Source of the DNA: Microbotryum violaceum
Taxonomy: Eukaryota
NCBI GenBank assembly: GCA_001244265.2
Contig: CDLV01000004.1
Location: forward strand, 186,001-250,000
Direction: 5' to 3'
DNA: 64,000 nt
Shown here: piece after piece, positions 26,538 through 44,541 of the stretch
Position numbering within the stretch: position 1 is the stretch's first letter
Layout of the letters: each line of letters starts with the position of its first letter
Notes under the pieces: generated by a model
Databases searched by the model: none
Told to the model about the DNA's origin: nothing
Seen by the model: only the letters and a program-made list of their open reading frames with translations
Position numbers and translations under genes: made by a program

Positions 26538-27566
26538 CAAGGCTACGCTTAAGCTTAGTTAGTTAACTAACTACGCCACCGCAAATAGTTAACTAACTAT
26601 CCCAACTAATGACGCATAGTTGGAGTTAGTTAGTTCTGGCTCGGAGGATATCATAGTTAACTATTGTAACTATGGCAACTATAGGGGTCGCCGAGGACTG
26701 CCGTCTGCCGGGGCAAGGAGCATTGGCCGAGATGGCGGTTTCTTGACGACGCCTTGGACCGCCTACGATGCGGAACGCGCCTTTTCCGCTGGGCGCCGCA
26801 CCATTCATCAACTGCAACACGCCACTTCCGGATCCCTCTTGAATGCCAACATGTGCGTTGGCAGCTGGGCCGGCGCTGTTGCTGAGAACGACGCTGCTCG
26901 TAAGAAAATTGGTTGCAGTGATAGAGTTACGATGATATTTACTCGTGAGTTTACTTTGTTGTCCTGCCGCACCTTCCAGTCTCATTACTGACTCCAACTC
27001 TGCATACACAATTTGGCCTATCTACAGCTATCGTTAGATTGTCATACAGCGCGCAGCCCTCAAAGGTCGTGCCCGCCAAGAGGCGCGCCACAGGAACTAG
27101 AGAAACAATTCACCTCGATGATGATGATGAGGTGTAGGTCTGACATGTAGAATCTCGTTCAAATGACAGATTACTGTTGTCAACGGTTGTTTCAAGAGTA
27201 AGTATACCGCTCGAGTTCATATACACTATACTATTACACTATCATAAGAGGGTAGTTTGAGAGCATGGCATCGAGCGGCTCTCACAAGTCGGTGGCAGAG
27301 CCAGAGGATCAATAGGCTCAATACAACCACACAATTGCTGCATACCGCTGCGCCGTATGGGGTAATTGCGTTGGGTAAGCCCTCAACGACGCTCGGCGTG
27401 CGTCATTATTAGGGGCCATTTTGATAGTTTTTTATAGTTAACTATCCCAACGTTAACTAACTATTGGGTCATAATTGATAGATAGTTATGGCTGGAAGGT
27501 GGGATTTTACACATAGTTAACTAACTAATTGTAACTATGGAGCAACTAAGCTTAAGCGTAGCCTTG
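26538..27566. mobile_element. hAT-type MITE / internally deleted element (1029 bp)
   Basis: Perfect TIR caaggctacgcttaagcttagtt; 8-bp TSD GGGGAGCT (26530-26537, 27567-27574); subterminal tagttaacta repeats. Confidence 0.92.
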
Positions 27567-28542
27567 GGGGAGCTCGTCCAAAAAGCTTTCTCCGACCCCG
27601 AGGGCCTCTGCCTATTCGATGAGCAGATCGCTGCCTATGGCACGGTCCTCCGTCGTCGCATCCAGTACATTGGAAAGACGAAACACATCTCTGGGGTGTA
27701 CGACTTTATCCTTGCCCTTAAGGATGTAGATGTTTTGCCCCCTGCCTCACTTTCTATTGCTCGTGACGGTGTCACTGAGCGAATCCCACTGAGGATCACC
27801 GGTGGCATGCGCCACTGCGTCTTCTGCCGTTCCGCGGCTCACGTCCGTAAGGATTGCCCCGTCGCCCCGGCGTGCAAGTCCTGCGCGAGCACCTCGCACG
27901 CCACCCCGTCATGCGTCAAGCCCCCAGGGACCCCCCACGTCACGTGCCCCGCAAGCCTTCACCGTTACCACCGCCGCCCCCGCCGCCGTGTCCAAGTCGA
28001 TCTCCCCAGCCTCCGCCCACGACCGCACGACCAAAAAACGTCGAGTGGAACAGGATCTGGCTGCCCAGACTGAAGATCTGTCCAACAGAGCTCAGCCCGA
28101 TTCTCTGTCGAAGAATGCCCGCCCCGAGTTCTCCTTCAATTTCCCTTGCAAAACTGCCACTCCTCCTGCCCCCCAGCCTGCCTCCAATCAGGGAATTGCC
28201 TACTCCCTCGTTGAAAAATCCTCCGAGTCCCCCAGCTCAGAGACCACCTCTCCATCCCCAAGCCCTCCTCCGGCCACGCCAAAGTCGATCATAACTCGAT
28301 CCAAGTCGATTGCCGCCCTCTCCAAGCCAGCCACTCGTGAAGCTCCTCCCACTGCGTCTGCCCTCGAAGCCTCCGAGCCGAGCCCCGAGCCGTCTTCGCC
28401 CACGCCGTTGCCCTCAGCCGCGCCCAAAGCCCGACCCGATGACGCCGACACCGACGACGAGGCCGACGAAGAAGCCGAAGACCAAGAAGCACCTCCTAAG
28501 GACGTGGAAGACGCTATGGACCAAGATGATGAGCACAACTAA
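27567..28542 (+). CDS. LINE ORF1 (gag-like) fragment
   Basis: Two CX2CX4HX4C knuckles (CVFCRSAAHVRKDC, CKSCASTSHATPSC), P/S-rich linker and acidic tail. One frameshift near 27930. Confidence 0.85.
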
Positions 28543-31500
28543 AATCCCAAACGTGTCTTTTGTTGCTGCCAACGTGCAGTCAATCAATGAAGACCGTAAG
28601 CGTGCCTCTCTTTTCTCCAATCTCCGCTCCCATAACGCCGACGTCTTTCTCCTGAGCGAAACTGGCCGACCTTCCCCCGAAAGGGTGGCCCAGTGGACTC
28701 AGGAGTGCCAAGACTTAAAGCTCTCCGCTCTTTTCACTCCTTTCAACAACACTGCCATACTTTGGAAGAGCGACTCCGTGGTCATGACTTTGGATCCCGA
28801 GTCGCCTCCAAACACTCTTCGTGCCTCTTTCTCTTTCCCGGACCGAGTCACCGACGCCACCTTTTGTGTGGGTGATTCAAAAGTCCGGGTTGTATCAATA
28901 TACGCGCCTTCCTCCGACAAGCCAGACAAAAAACGCTTCCTCTCACACCTCAGCACCGCCCTCCGACAAGTTGTACGTGACGAACCCTCGCCGCCTGCGC
29001 TCCTAGTCGGGGGGACTGGAATTGTGTTGAGTCCCAGCCCCTCGATTCGGAGAACCAAAACGGAACGAATCATGGGGGTCAGGAGATGCGCGACCTTGCC
29101 ACGGCCAACAACCTTTTCGACGCCTATCGGCTCCATCATCCCAAAGGACGAGCCACGACGAATCGCTCAGCGCCCGGCACGTGCCGTCGCCTTGACCGCA
29201 TCTATGTCTCGCCTGATTGGGTCGACCTCTTCCATGATCACAAAATCTGGGCTCCTGTCCTCAAATCGACGCACTCAATGGTTGTGGCACGGTTCCAAGT
29301 GCCGGGCGCAATCGACATCGGTCCGGGCAAATTCAAGCTGGGTTTGCACGTGATCGAGGGCGACGCGACCTGCGAGTACCTCACCTCCATTGTCCGCACC
29401 CTTTACAACAAAGCCCTCCTCCAGACGCCCAACGATCCACCAGCAGCTTGGACGTCCACCAAACACCGCCTGCTGCCCGAGCTGCAGGCTCTGGCCCGGA
29501 CTTTCGCTCGGTTCCGTCGTGGCGGGTCGGAGCAAGAGAGGGCTGACCACTCGCGCTACGGCGCGGCCCTGCGGTCCCGCCTCGACCCATCTCTGGCGGG
29601 TCCCTCTTCCATCTTCATCCGCCTGCGCAAAGTGCGAGCATCCGACCTGATCCCTTCGCTCACGGTCAACGATGTTGTTCATTCCGACCCTGATTCCGAC
29701 CCTGATTCGATGCTTGGAGCGGCCAGCGACTACTTCGAGCGGGTCTATGAGGACCGCCCCATCGATGACGCGGCCCTGAAGGCGATCATCGACGGCCTCG
29801 CTTCAACTCGCCTCTCCCCGCGGACTCACTCAAGCTCGAGGAAGCGTACCCGTTGGAGGAGATGACAAAGGCTCGAGCGGCGTGTAAGTCGAACTCTTCG
29901 CCAGGGCCTGACGGCATCCCGGTTGAGTTTTATCGCGCTACGTGGCCGGCCACTGGCCCAATTCTTCGAGACGTCATCAACTCGATCCCCACCGAGGCCC
30001 GTCAGCCTGGACCTCTTCCCCGCAACACCACCCACATCCATCTCATCCACAAACGCGGCGAGAGGGATCAGCTTTCGAACAAACGCCCCATATCGCTCAT
30101 CAATGCGGACGAGCGCATCATCTCGCAAGCCCACAACCAGCGCCTCGCTCCCTTGCTCGAGTCCCTGATCGGCCCAACCCAACGTGGCTTTATTCCGAAC
30201 CGTTGGATCGGCACGAACATCGCTGAGGTCCAATGTCTCATGGACCCTGGACTTCCGGGCTCAACACCCGTGTCTGGCATGCTAGCGGTGATGGACTTTG
30301 AAAAGGCTTACGATCGTCTTTCCCACCCGTACCTTGATGCAGTCCTCTGCGCCGTTGGCCTCGGCCCCAAAGCCCGCCAATGGTACCGAGCGACCTACAC
30401 CAACCAATCTGCCTCGATCTTCCTCAACGGTTGGCTCTCTGCCACTTTCGACATCCTGTCGGGCGTTCGGCAAGGTGATCATTTGGCTCCGTCTCTCTTC
30501 GTCCTGGCGATCGAAGGTTTTGCCTGTCAGATTCGATTGAGAGTCAAGGGCATCGATATTGCGGGCCTCCAAAACGTTCGCGAACTCCTTTTTGCCGACG
30601 ACGCTTGCTGCGCACTCCACAACCTCTCGGACCTCGACCACCTCAATCGGGCGATCGAGCTTTACGAACGGGCAAGTGCCAGCAAGCTCAGCAACGTCAA
30701 ATCTTTCCTCTATCCCCTTGGAGCTTTTCGGGATCGGTCGATCGCCCCAGATCTCGGGACCCGGCGTCTCAGCGATTCGCAGGTTCGCTACCTTGGTATT
30801 CAGGTCGGGGTGGAGATCGCCGAGGATGCGGGCTGGGAAGATGTCAAGGCCTCGACCATCGCTCGGATACGCTCAGTTCCGATGTACGATCTCCCATATG
30901 CAGCCAAGTGTTCGATCATCAACATCTACTGCTACACAAAGATCTTGTACTACAGCCGATTCCTTCCCGCCCCCAAGAGCGTCGTCAAGGAGATCGAGGA
31001 GGCTGCCATGCTCGCCTTTCACGGTCGAGCTTCGGATGGTACTCAGCGACGTCCGAAGGTCTCCCGGTCGCGCCTCTGCACCCCTCTCGATCACGGCGGC
31101 TTCGGTTTGATTGATCTGCCTCGGCGTCTAGCAATCGATCACGCGAAGTGGGTCTTCCAGCTCCGGGCCCCGGACGGCTGCTTCACACGCCACCTCTTCG
31201 ACATCCGCATCCGCCTCCAGGCACCAAACGAACCAACCCCTTTCACCTTGTCCAAAGTGGGACCATGCGGTGAGAAAAACGACAAAACTTCTTCCTGCTC
31301 GTTGGGTCCGATACTTCGAAGCCTGGGCGTTGGTGACCACGCTCAATCCCCCGGAACTCTCCAAGAGCCAGAACCTCGAGCAATGGGCGACGCACGTACT
31401 CTATTTCCCAGCGGGCCACGGAATACAACTTTCGGTAAACCCGACGCTTTTTCGAGGGCCCGATGGCGAGGTGATGACCCCGTCTTCGTTTGTGAACGCG

Positions 31501-32039
31501 TCCAAACGCCACCAAGCCTCATCTTCCCCCCTATCTTCCCCAAGGGACACCAGAAGGTATTCGATCTGCCTGAGCAACGCTGGAACGCTTGGTGGAAGGC
31601 TTTGCGCAAGGTTCGCCGGGTTCACTCGGACGCCGAGGATACCGGCCACCTTCTCTCCCTGGGGTCCCTCCATCCGGGAAGCCAAGTCGCCTCCCCAACC
31701 AGCCCACATCCCAACAATCGATTTCCCTCCTGTGTGATGTGCCTCTCGGAAGCACCCGAGTGCCTGGTTCACCTCGCGGTCGGCTGCCCATTTGCCCGGC
31801 GCCTCTGGTCTGCTCTGTCCCCGACCCCCCACCCAGTCTTTGTGGACTTTGTATGCCCGGTCGTGTCTCGCTCGGAACGTCGACTTGTCGAACTACGAGT
31901 CCCCTTCTTTCACTCGATCTGGAAGCTCTGTCGCCGTCGTCGATTCTCGTCGGATCTTTTGGAACCGATCACCGAAACGGAGTTCGAGGGGCTTCGAGCC
32001 TCTATCCAGGAGTCCAAGGGTCGCCTAGTGTCTCTGTAA
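28526..32039 (+). CDS. LINE ORF2: AP endonuclease, reverse transcriptase, C-terminal zinc finger
   Basis: ANVQS, LSET, IYAP, GDWN, RLDRIY; SPGPDG, RPISL, DFEKAYD, FADD, YLG, GGFGL, CVMC..E..HL..C. Overlaps the ORF1 stop. 1-bp frameshifts near 29012 and 29820. Confidence 0.92.
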
Positions 32040-33099
32040 GACACCGAAGGGGGTTTTAGTAGGTATGGTTGATCCTGGTTCAGGGTCAATGAGTCCTACA
32101 CTACTGGCTTCTGCCAGTGTGCGTAACAGCATTCCCTCCGACTTTTCCGAAGATTTCTAGGTATTAATATAATTATGCTGTTAATGAAGTCTATCTTCAC
32201 AAATAAATAAATAAAAAAAGCGGCGGCTTAGCAAGGTGATCACTTTGGAGGATGATGAGGATGAGGATGAGGATGAAGAAGATGAGGATTTCAACATGTA
32301 AACATGTAGAACTCTTTATGTGCCAAATCAGGCAATTTCATGTCTCAGATCAGATCAAGATCAGATCAATCAAGGCAGAATCAGAAAAATCCAGATCAGA
32401 TCTGATCTGACGGTACGGTGATCTGATCTAATGCGCATCCTTGCCTATTAGGCGCGCGTCACTCCAGCCAGTGCAGTCTGCTGCAGTGCAAGTCACTCAA
32501 TACGAACTCCATCTGTGGGTCTACGCGACTAGATATCACTATTCAGGAAATTGTGGCTTTACTTTCTGACTTCATACGCGCCGCGGTGGGTACTTTCTTT
32601 GCTGAAAGCTGGCTGGCACTGATCACTGCCTTTCAGCAATTCAGCGCTCAGCCTTTTTGTTCATCTAATCGATTTCAATGAACAGCCTGATTTTACTATA
32701 TTATGGCCTAGATATTACTGAAAAAGTCGGAGGAAATGCATTTCAATAGTGTAGGACTCGTCGATTCGACCCTGCAGCCTGCAGAATGGTCGAACGGCAC
32801 TGAGGGTCGGTTAATTCCGGTAATACCCATTCTGAAGGGTATTACCCAGGTCTCACCTGGGTATTGTCCCGAGCGCGCCTGGGTAATACCCAGCTGACGG
32901 GTAATACCCAGGCGCGCGGTATTAACCCCACGTCGGGCATTAACTCTCTGACGGGTATTACCCATCTCCGCGGGTAATACCCAGCCGACGGGGAATAGGG
33001 GGTATTAACTTTGACATGGGTAATATCTGCCTGGATGGTTATTCCCCCGGCCTCCGGGTTTCTTCTGTACGTGCAGCGTAGTTACTACCGGGTCTGGGT

Positions 33100-38476
<5,377 letters not shown>

Positions 38477-38659
38477 GGCGGAGCGAACGAGCGGTGCACG
38501 TTTACCACCGTTGAGGGTCCGGAAGAAGACTTTGCAAAAATTGTGGCGCAGTCGTGCAGTTTGCGCGCGCGTCTTCGTTTCTCTCTTTCCCTCCTTCCGC
38601 CCACGTGTTCAGTCCTTCTCCCACCCACCATTCATCCACTGCCACACGGGAGCGCCGCA

Positions 38660-40162
38660 ATGGCAGGATCTGCATCAGAGAAGGACAAAGAGAACCAAAG
38701 ACGGAATGGGAAGGGCACTGGTGAGCTCAGCTTGCAGTACTTGTTCTGATTCAAGGATTTGCTTCGCCAGGTTCGGGCTCAGCTGGTTCGGGCTCAAGCG
38801 CTCAGGCCTCAGGAGGCCTCAAACTTGGGCCGAGTCTCGTTCGGGCTAAGTCAGCCACATTTTCGCTGACGTGTGCCGCATCGGTCCACTGCAGCCAGAA
38901 AATACATTGATGCCGACGGCATGTACGCACGAAAAGACAAAGGCAATATGGGCTTGCGTGATTATACTTGCAAGCGCGGGAAAATTGACAAAATCTATTA
39001 CAATTGGGTTCGCGTAAGTGCCGGCAAGTCCAGCAAGCAGAGCCCCACTACCGACTAGCTCTGACATCCCTGTGCCACTCGTAACCTTCCTCGACCCAGT
39101 CGGTGGTGCGGGACGCACTAGTAGTGGCAGGGATCAGGACACCTACCCCGGTCCAGCTGTATGGGCCGCTTGCGGAGATCAACCAGGAGTGGTCCCCCAA
39201 CCACGACCTGCCCAAAAACTACGATCTCAAGGACGCCTTCAGACTCATCTCTGCCAAAACTAGCACAAACACAGTCTTGTGGGGGAATCTCTCCCCTTTG
39301 AAGCAACGAGAAATCGTCAAGTATGTAAGTAACACGAAGCCCCCCCCCCCGGTCGTCACCTTGTTGTGCGCTCGCTTGCGTGCTGACCAATTACTCCTCC
39401 ATTGGCACTTGGTCAGATTTGCGAACGGGCTGGTTTCCTTGCGGTCACATCCGGCGACTGGCTCTATGAAGAACTCGTTATCGATGTCTTGGCAAATATT
39501 CGGTCCGCCTGGAAATTAGCGTACGATCGCGAAGTGTGCCGGCTTGCGGGAATCAAAGGTCAGCTCTCCAAAGCAGACATAGCGACACTCCGCAGCAGGC
39601 ATGGTGAAGGTCCCAGTCGGAAAGTTAGCCCCTTCTTCTCAACCAGATCGGACTGGATGGTATGCACTGATGAGACCGTGATGACTCCTTCAGAGCCAAG
39701 ACGGGGTCTATTTGGCTTCAGATACAGGCACAAGCGACCTCAAAGAGGAAGAAGTGCTGGCAACTAGGAACAGGACCCTAGTGCCCAAGAAGCGAGGAGC
39801 GCGCCAAGGAGCAGGATCGCCACAATTGTCGCAGGAGACTCAACAAACAAGCCCCCACGTGGGTTCAAGCGGCCAACGTTCGACTCCTGCAGCCAGCGGT
39901 GTCAGAGGCCCGGGCCCGCCAAGAAACAAGAAGAAGAAGACCGAAACACAATCCTAACAGAAGCCAACAGACCAACCCAAAGAGAGACCTTGGCAACGGT
40001 CGAGCTGAAGAAGAAGAAGACGAGGATCAGGGACAGGATGAAGAAGAAGTCGAAGGAAGTGGAACGGTCTCCAAGGACTTGAGGAAGCGGAGCACGCGCG
40101 GCAGCTGCGGATGATTTGGATGCCAACGATCCAAACTATCCGGCTACGGGTCAAAGATGGTA
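38660..40162 (+). CDS. Second, divergently oriented gene of the CACTG element (unknown function)
   Basis: ATG at 38660; GT-AG introns (gtgagc, gtaagt, gtatgt, gttagc); exons such as WLYEELVIDVLANIRSAWK; basic/acidic tail. End approximate. Confidence 0.6.
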
Positions 40163-41468
40163 ACGGAGGTAGACACTTGCTAGATAAATACTACAACATC
40201 TGGCATGCAATATAAAATGGCTGCATTAACATTAGTAATATGAACGCGAGCATTAGTAATTTATGATACAGACCCTAATGAGCAAGCTAATGCCAATTGA
40301 GCTCGCACTAGCATTTAATGATACAGAACCTAATGAGTAAGCTAATGTGAATTAAGCTCGATCACGCTCCCGAAAAGAGCCCCTATTGAGACTTTTTGGA
40401 TGGTATTACCCATTAAAATTGGAAATACCCGAACCGAAGGGAATACCGTCTGCTTGGGTAATACCTATTCTGATGGGTAATACCGCAGCCCAGTCAATAC
40501 CCATTCAGATGGGTATTCCCCGCCAAAAACGTCGCTCAGTGCGGTTTGAGTTTACAAAGCTGATCCGCGTACCCCAAACTTCCTAGAAGGCATGGCAAAA
40601 GGGGAGTAATGACAGCCGTGACAGCCAGCTCAACTCGGGCTGTAGTTCTTCCCCTCCGACGATCGGTCTCGGCTCCATCCATATGCCAGCTACTATGCAC
40701 TGGCCATGATCCCGGATATCAAGGGTGTAGTTGCTGCGGTAGGGCCGACAGACAAGTGCTTCCAAAAAAAATATCTTACCTGGTCCTGTTCCACCTAACT
40801 GTATGTACTGCCGTGCGCCGAATTTCGAGGTAAGTCTTGAGTGCAGAGTACCTACCGACACCTGCCAGCCTCTGACCAGTACGGTCGTTCGATGCCCGCG
40901 CTCAAAGCTCCGATCGCCGTCGGGGAACCTGGAGCACCTTAAGCACGTTAAGCAGCAGCACTCTGTCCCCGATACCCGAGGCCGTCGCCTCGCTTGTGCC
41001 CTCTCTGTGACCCCTCTCTTCTCCTCTCTTCTCCTCTTGGCTCCATCAAGGATCATTGGCCAAGCCAGTTCTCCCCACCGACGAGCGTGCATGCACCAGC
41101 AAGCCGAATCGGTGGCCACCAGCACTTGCTTTAGTTGTACTCTGGGGTCTGACGATCTGACGTCTGACGAGCCGCCGAATAGCTCCACCGCAAGACTTCC
41201 GGCCGACTCGACGCTCCACCTTCCAGCACAGGCCGACCCCGAAAGCCCCATCCTCCGTCGACGTCCTCCTGCTTCAGATCGATACAATCAATCCTCGACT
41301 TCTCGACTTCTCGATCGCTCGACGTCGACGGTCGCTGGCTGCGAGTGCGATACCCCTCGGTGCGAGCCTCTCTTCGTTGCGATCCGCGTCGAACGAGTGC
41401 CCAGAGAGTCCTGCGCGGCCGACAGCGCCCACTGCACTCTACCCGGCGACGTTTGGATAGCCTCGACC

Positions 41469-42994
41469 ATGGCCCGACCTCGGCGTCCACCAGGAGTTCG
41501 CCACCGTCTAGATCTTCGATACTGCATCACCACCTTGGCTTGGGTCTTTGCACTATGCTCATTGCAACGCATCTCGCTGTCCCCCCTTAACGTCTCGGCG
41601 TCGCCATTGCCGATGCGCACCTGCACCTCGCTCGCTGAGGGCCCCGCGCCCATCGTCACCGCGGCCCCTATCCCCCCGCTCTACCGACGCAACAGCGTAT
41701 CTGTGCCTAAGAATGATACGGACTTTACGATCGATCGATCGTCCACCTTAATTCCCATCGCATTGGGTGCCAACTCGACCTCGACCTCGCCCGCCCCGAA
41801 TTCGACGCCGAGCTCCAATCCGAATAATCAGACTCCCATCTCGGGCTTGTTCGGCGCGGGGCTCACCTCGTCATGGCTAAAGTGGATCGCTGTTGTCACC
41901 GCCGGCGGAATTGTCTTCTCGCTTCTTTTTGCCAGGTGGTTCTGCGTCAGAAGATACGCCCACATCACAGTGCGGGTCAGTCCGCGTCATTTTTCTCGGA
42001 CCACTTGGTGTTCAGTCAGAGGTAGCCTCCCTTGCCCATTGCAGCCGTGACCACTGACACGAGCGCTGCGGCGGCATTTGCATTTAATGCCCAGTCTTTC
42101 TTCATCCCCCGGACCGGTCTGGAAAGCGCCTTTCTCCGTATCAACGGGCCCCCGCTTCGAGACCCCTTGGAACCTCCTCCGACATATCACTATGCAACCT
42201 ATGGATATGGGCCCTCGAGTCGTCGCCAGCGGCGGCGCGATCGTCGAACGGCGGGACAAGGCATCTCGGCCTCGGGTGCTCGAGTCGGCGAAAGAGACGA
42301 GGATGATCGGCTCGAAGGCGAGGCTGACTTGGTCGGCGAGGGCTTGCCGGGGTACCACGTTGATCGAGAGCTGCCTCAGTATGCGACCCTCGTCGAGCAG
42401 GGCCATTCAAGCGGGGCGACTGCCGCTGATGTGACAACAGCCGAACGCGGAGTCGAGGCATCGGTCAATGCACCAGAGGGCCAAACGGACATGTCGAGCG
42501 ACGTTGTCGAGATGCCGACCGTGCAAGAGTACGAGATGGCAACAAGACATCGCGCGGGCACGGGTGGTGGTGCAACGGCTGACGAAGATCGCTCGCTACC
42601 TGCAACGTCGGACGCAACCAGAGAAGTGCGATCACCCGATTCTGCGAACGAAGACAATGACTCGTTGAGCGACGGCATCGATTCACCATCGATAAACTAT
42701 CCTCCTTCGCCGCTCATTACACCTCCGATCGCTCGTTCGTCGTCGTCGAGATCAGCGAGGTCCGCCGCCTCGCACTTGCGGCATTCGACAGGGGTGGTCC
42801 CTACCGGACCGTCGGAGGACCGTGACTCGTTGCGCTCGACGATTGCGAGCTTGAGCTCGGCCAAGCTCGAAGAGTTTGACCACCCTCAACAGACGGATGG
42901 ATCGAGTTCGAAAGATGATGTGCACGGCGAGAACACGGAGGGGATCGAGATGAAGGAAGTGCACAAAAGGGAGGAGGACGATGCGCACACATAA
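41469..42994 (+). CDS. Single-pass membrane protein with PY motifs
   Basis: Hydrophobic N-terminal segment, S/T/N-rich ectodomain, TM WIAVVTAGGIVFSLLFARWF, intron about 41976-42093, cytosolic PPTY, LPGY and LPQY. Confidence 0.7.
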
Positions 42995-43338
42995 ATTTCG
43001 AGGGGCCACGTGGTCAAGGGCGCGTATCCGTTTACCTTCTTTCATTCCCTGATATGCTTGCTGGGTCGACGCAAATATTTTTGTATAACACTTGTATCTG
43101 TTGTGACATTTGCTGTGCTTCTCTTTTTCGGCAACGTTTCGCAGTTTTCGATCACGTCCCATTCCCTGGTTCGACTTCGTCTCAATCCTGTTGAAAACAG
43201 CTAGCTGAGGGGGCTCTTCTTAACGACTGACACGAGAGAAACTTTCACGAGGGTATTTGATGATCAAAAAGAGTCATAGTAAAGGTATACACCAGGATTG
43301 ATGTTGGCGACGCGAGTCCTCCGGTTGCCCTCGGGGGC

Positions 43339-44508
43339 CTATCGATACGACCTTTCCACGACTTCCAAGGCAGCCGTAACGGTCAACGCAACCAGCGGCG
43401 TGACAACGTAGCTCGCCGTCAAAGTCCTTGCGATCTGGACTTCGATACGAGGACCCAGATCGGCCATCTCGGCAATGGCAGATAGGGTGAGCGCCGGCGG
43501 CCCCACATTTGAGAGCATGAGCACAAAGTCGAGGACGGGGTGCGCTGTTTTGGTTGACGGGCGTCGCAGGGAGTGAAGAACAACTTAGCGGAGGAAACTC
43601 GCTGGCGCTGATCTGAGGTGCAACGAAAGAGGAGAGTGGGCAGGTGGACCCGGATGAGATAGATGGTCGAAATAGAGATGGCGGGCATGACTAAGAAGCG
43701 GAAAGAGAACAGCCACACGAGCGCCAGGTAAGACGTTTTGGATCCCTGCTTGCTGTAGAAATGGCCACCTACTGCGCCGACATGGATTCGGGTCAGCGGG
43801 GCGGCCAAGTTTTCGTCGGGACCCAGTAGTGCACGTACGAATGAACATTTGGAGAACAGTGTAGAGATTGCCGACGTTGTTGATCGAGTCGGATAGCGGT
43901 GTCAGCCAGCCACCTTTGTCGAAGTGATGGTGGAATCAAGAAATTAGGCTGAAGAAGCACGCCGCCAGACTGCCCAGCAAAGGTGGATTCAAGAGACCGG
44001 TCAATGCGGTCGAGGCCTTGCGCAGTGGTTTGCCGAGACGATGGGTGACACGCGTCCAAACCGGTGGTGGGGCTCGTTCTTCATCGCCCGTGGAACGTGC
44101 TATGGGGAAGGCGCCGGGGAAATGATCGCTGGGTAGCCTGATTTGACCTTCGGCTTTCGGATCACCCCTCAGCAGATCTGGGGCGGAGGGTCGATTGGGG
44201 CGCTTGGCTTCAGTTGACCCCTTTTCGGGAAGTCATAAGTCCAGCCGTGAACTCACAAGGACCGAAGGCGAAGCGAGTCAGATTTCCAACCAGGGCATTG
44301 ATGAGGATGTAGACTCGACCTCTCGAAAGGACCAGGAACAGCGGCTCTCCCGGACGGACGAGTGAGTTGAGGGCGCCTGTTTGCAACAAGGCGTGCAGAA
44401 GGAGCAAAGGGAGAGATGTAACCTGACTCAGGAGGAGAGGGAGTCGAACGTATGAGTCAGCCAGGAGCGCTAAAGTTCTAATGAACGGGTCTCTTTGATG
44501 AGCGTACA
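43339..44508 (-). pseudogene. 3' half of an auxin-efflux-carrier/Mem_trans (PILS-like) transporter gene
   Basis: VTSLPLLLLHALLQTGAL...RGRVYILINALVGNLTRFAFGP; RFLVMPAISI; LDFVLMLSNVGPPALTLSAIAEMA...LTASYVVTP. The 5' exons are absent beyond the Helitron junction. Confidence 0.8.
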
Positions 44509-44541
44509 TCCTCAAAATCCCTAAAACTATCCTTAAAACTA

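Larger units (their letters stand above)
26532..32219 (+). mobile_element. Near-full-length L1/Tx1-like LINE, copy 2 (5'-truncated in ORF1)
   Basis: ORF1 with zinc knuckles; ORF2 APE+RT+zinc finger; (AAAT)n/A tail; probable TSD AAGCGG at 26526-26531 and 32218-32223. The MITE is inserted at its 5' junction. Confidence 0.9.
26184..32443. mobile_element. hAT-type non-autonomous element (about 570 bp of own sequence) carrying a nested LINE and MITE
   Basis: TIRs caagggtccgcattagatcagatc / gatctgatctaatgcgcatccttg; 8-bp TSD CCTATTAG (26176-26183, 32444-32451); subterminal AGATC repeats. Confidence 0.9.

Noticed and set aside
40803..41468. Long N-terminal extension of the 415-aa ORF
   Set aside because: Low-complexity, UTR-like sequence; the ATG at 41469 before the hydrophobic segment is more plausible
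44509..44541. Telomerase-healed break (TTAGGG)
   Set aside because: Only one ttttaggg unit; the other units are TTTTAAGGA/TTTTGAGGA, not a telomeric array
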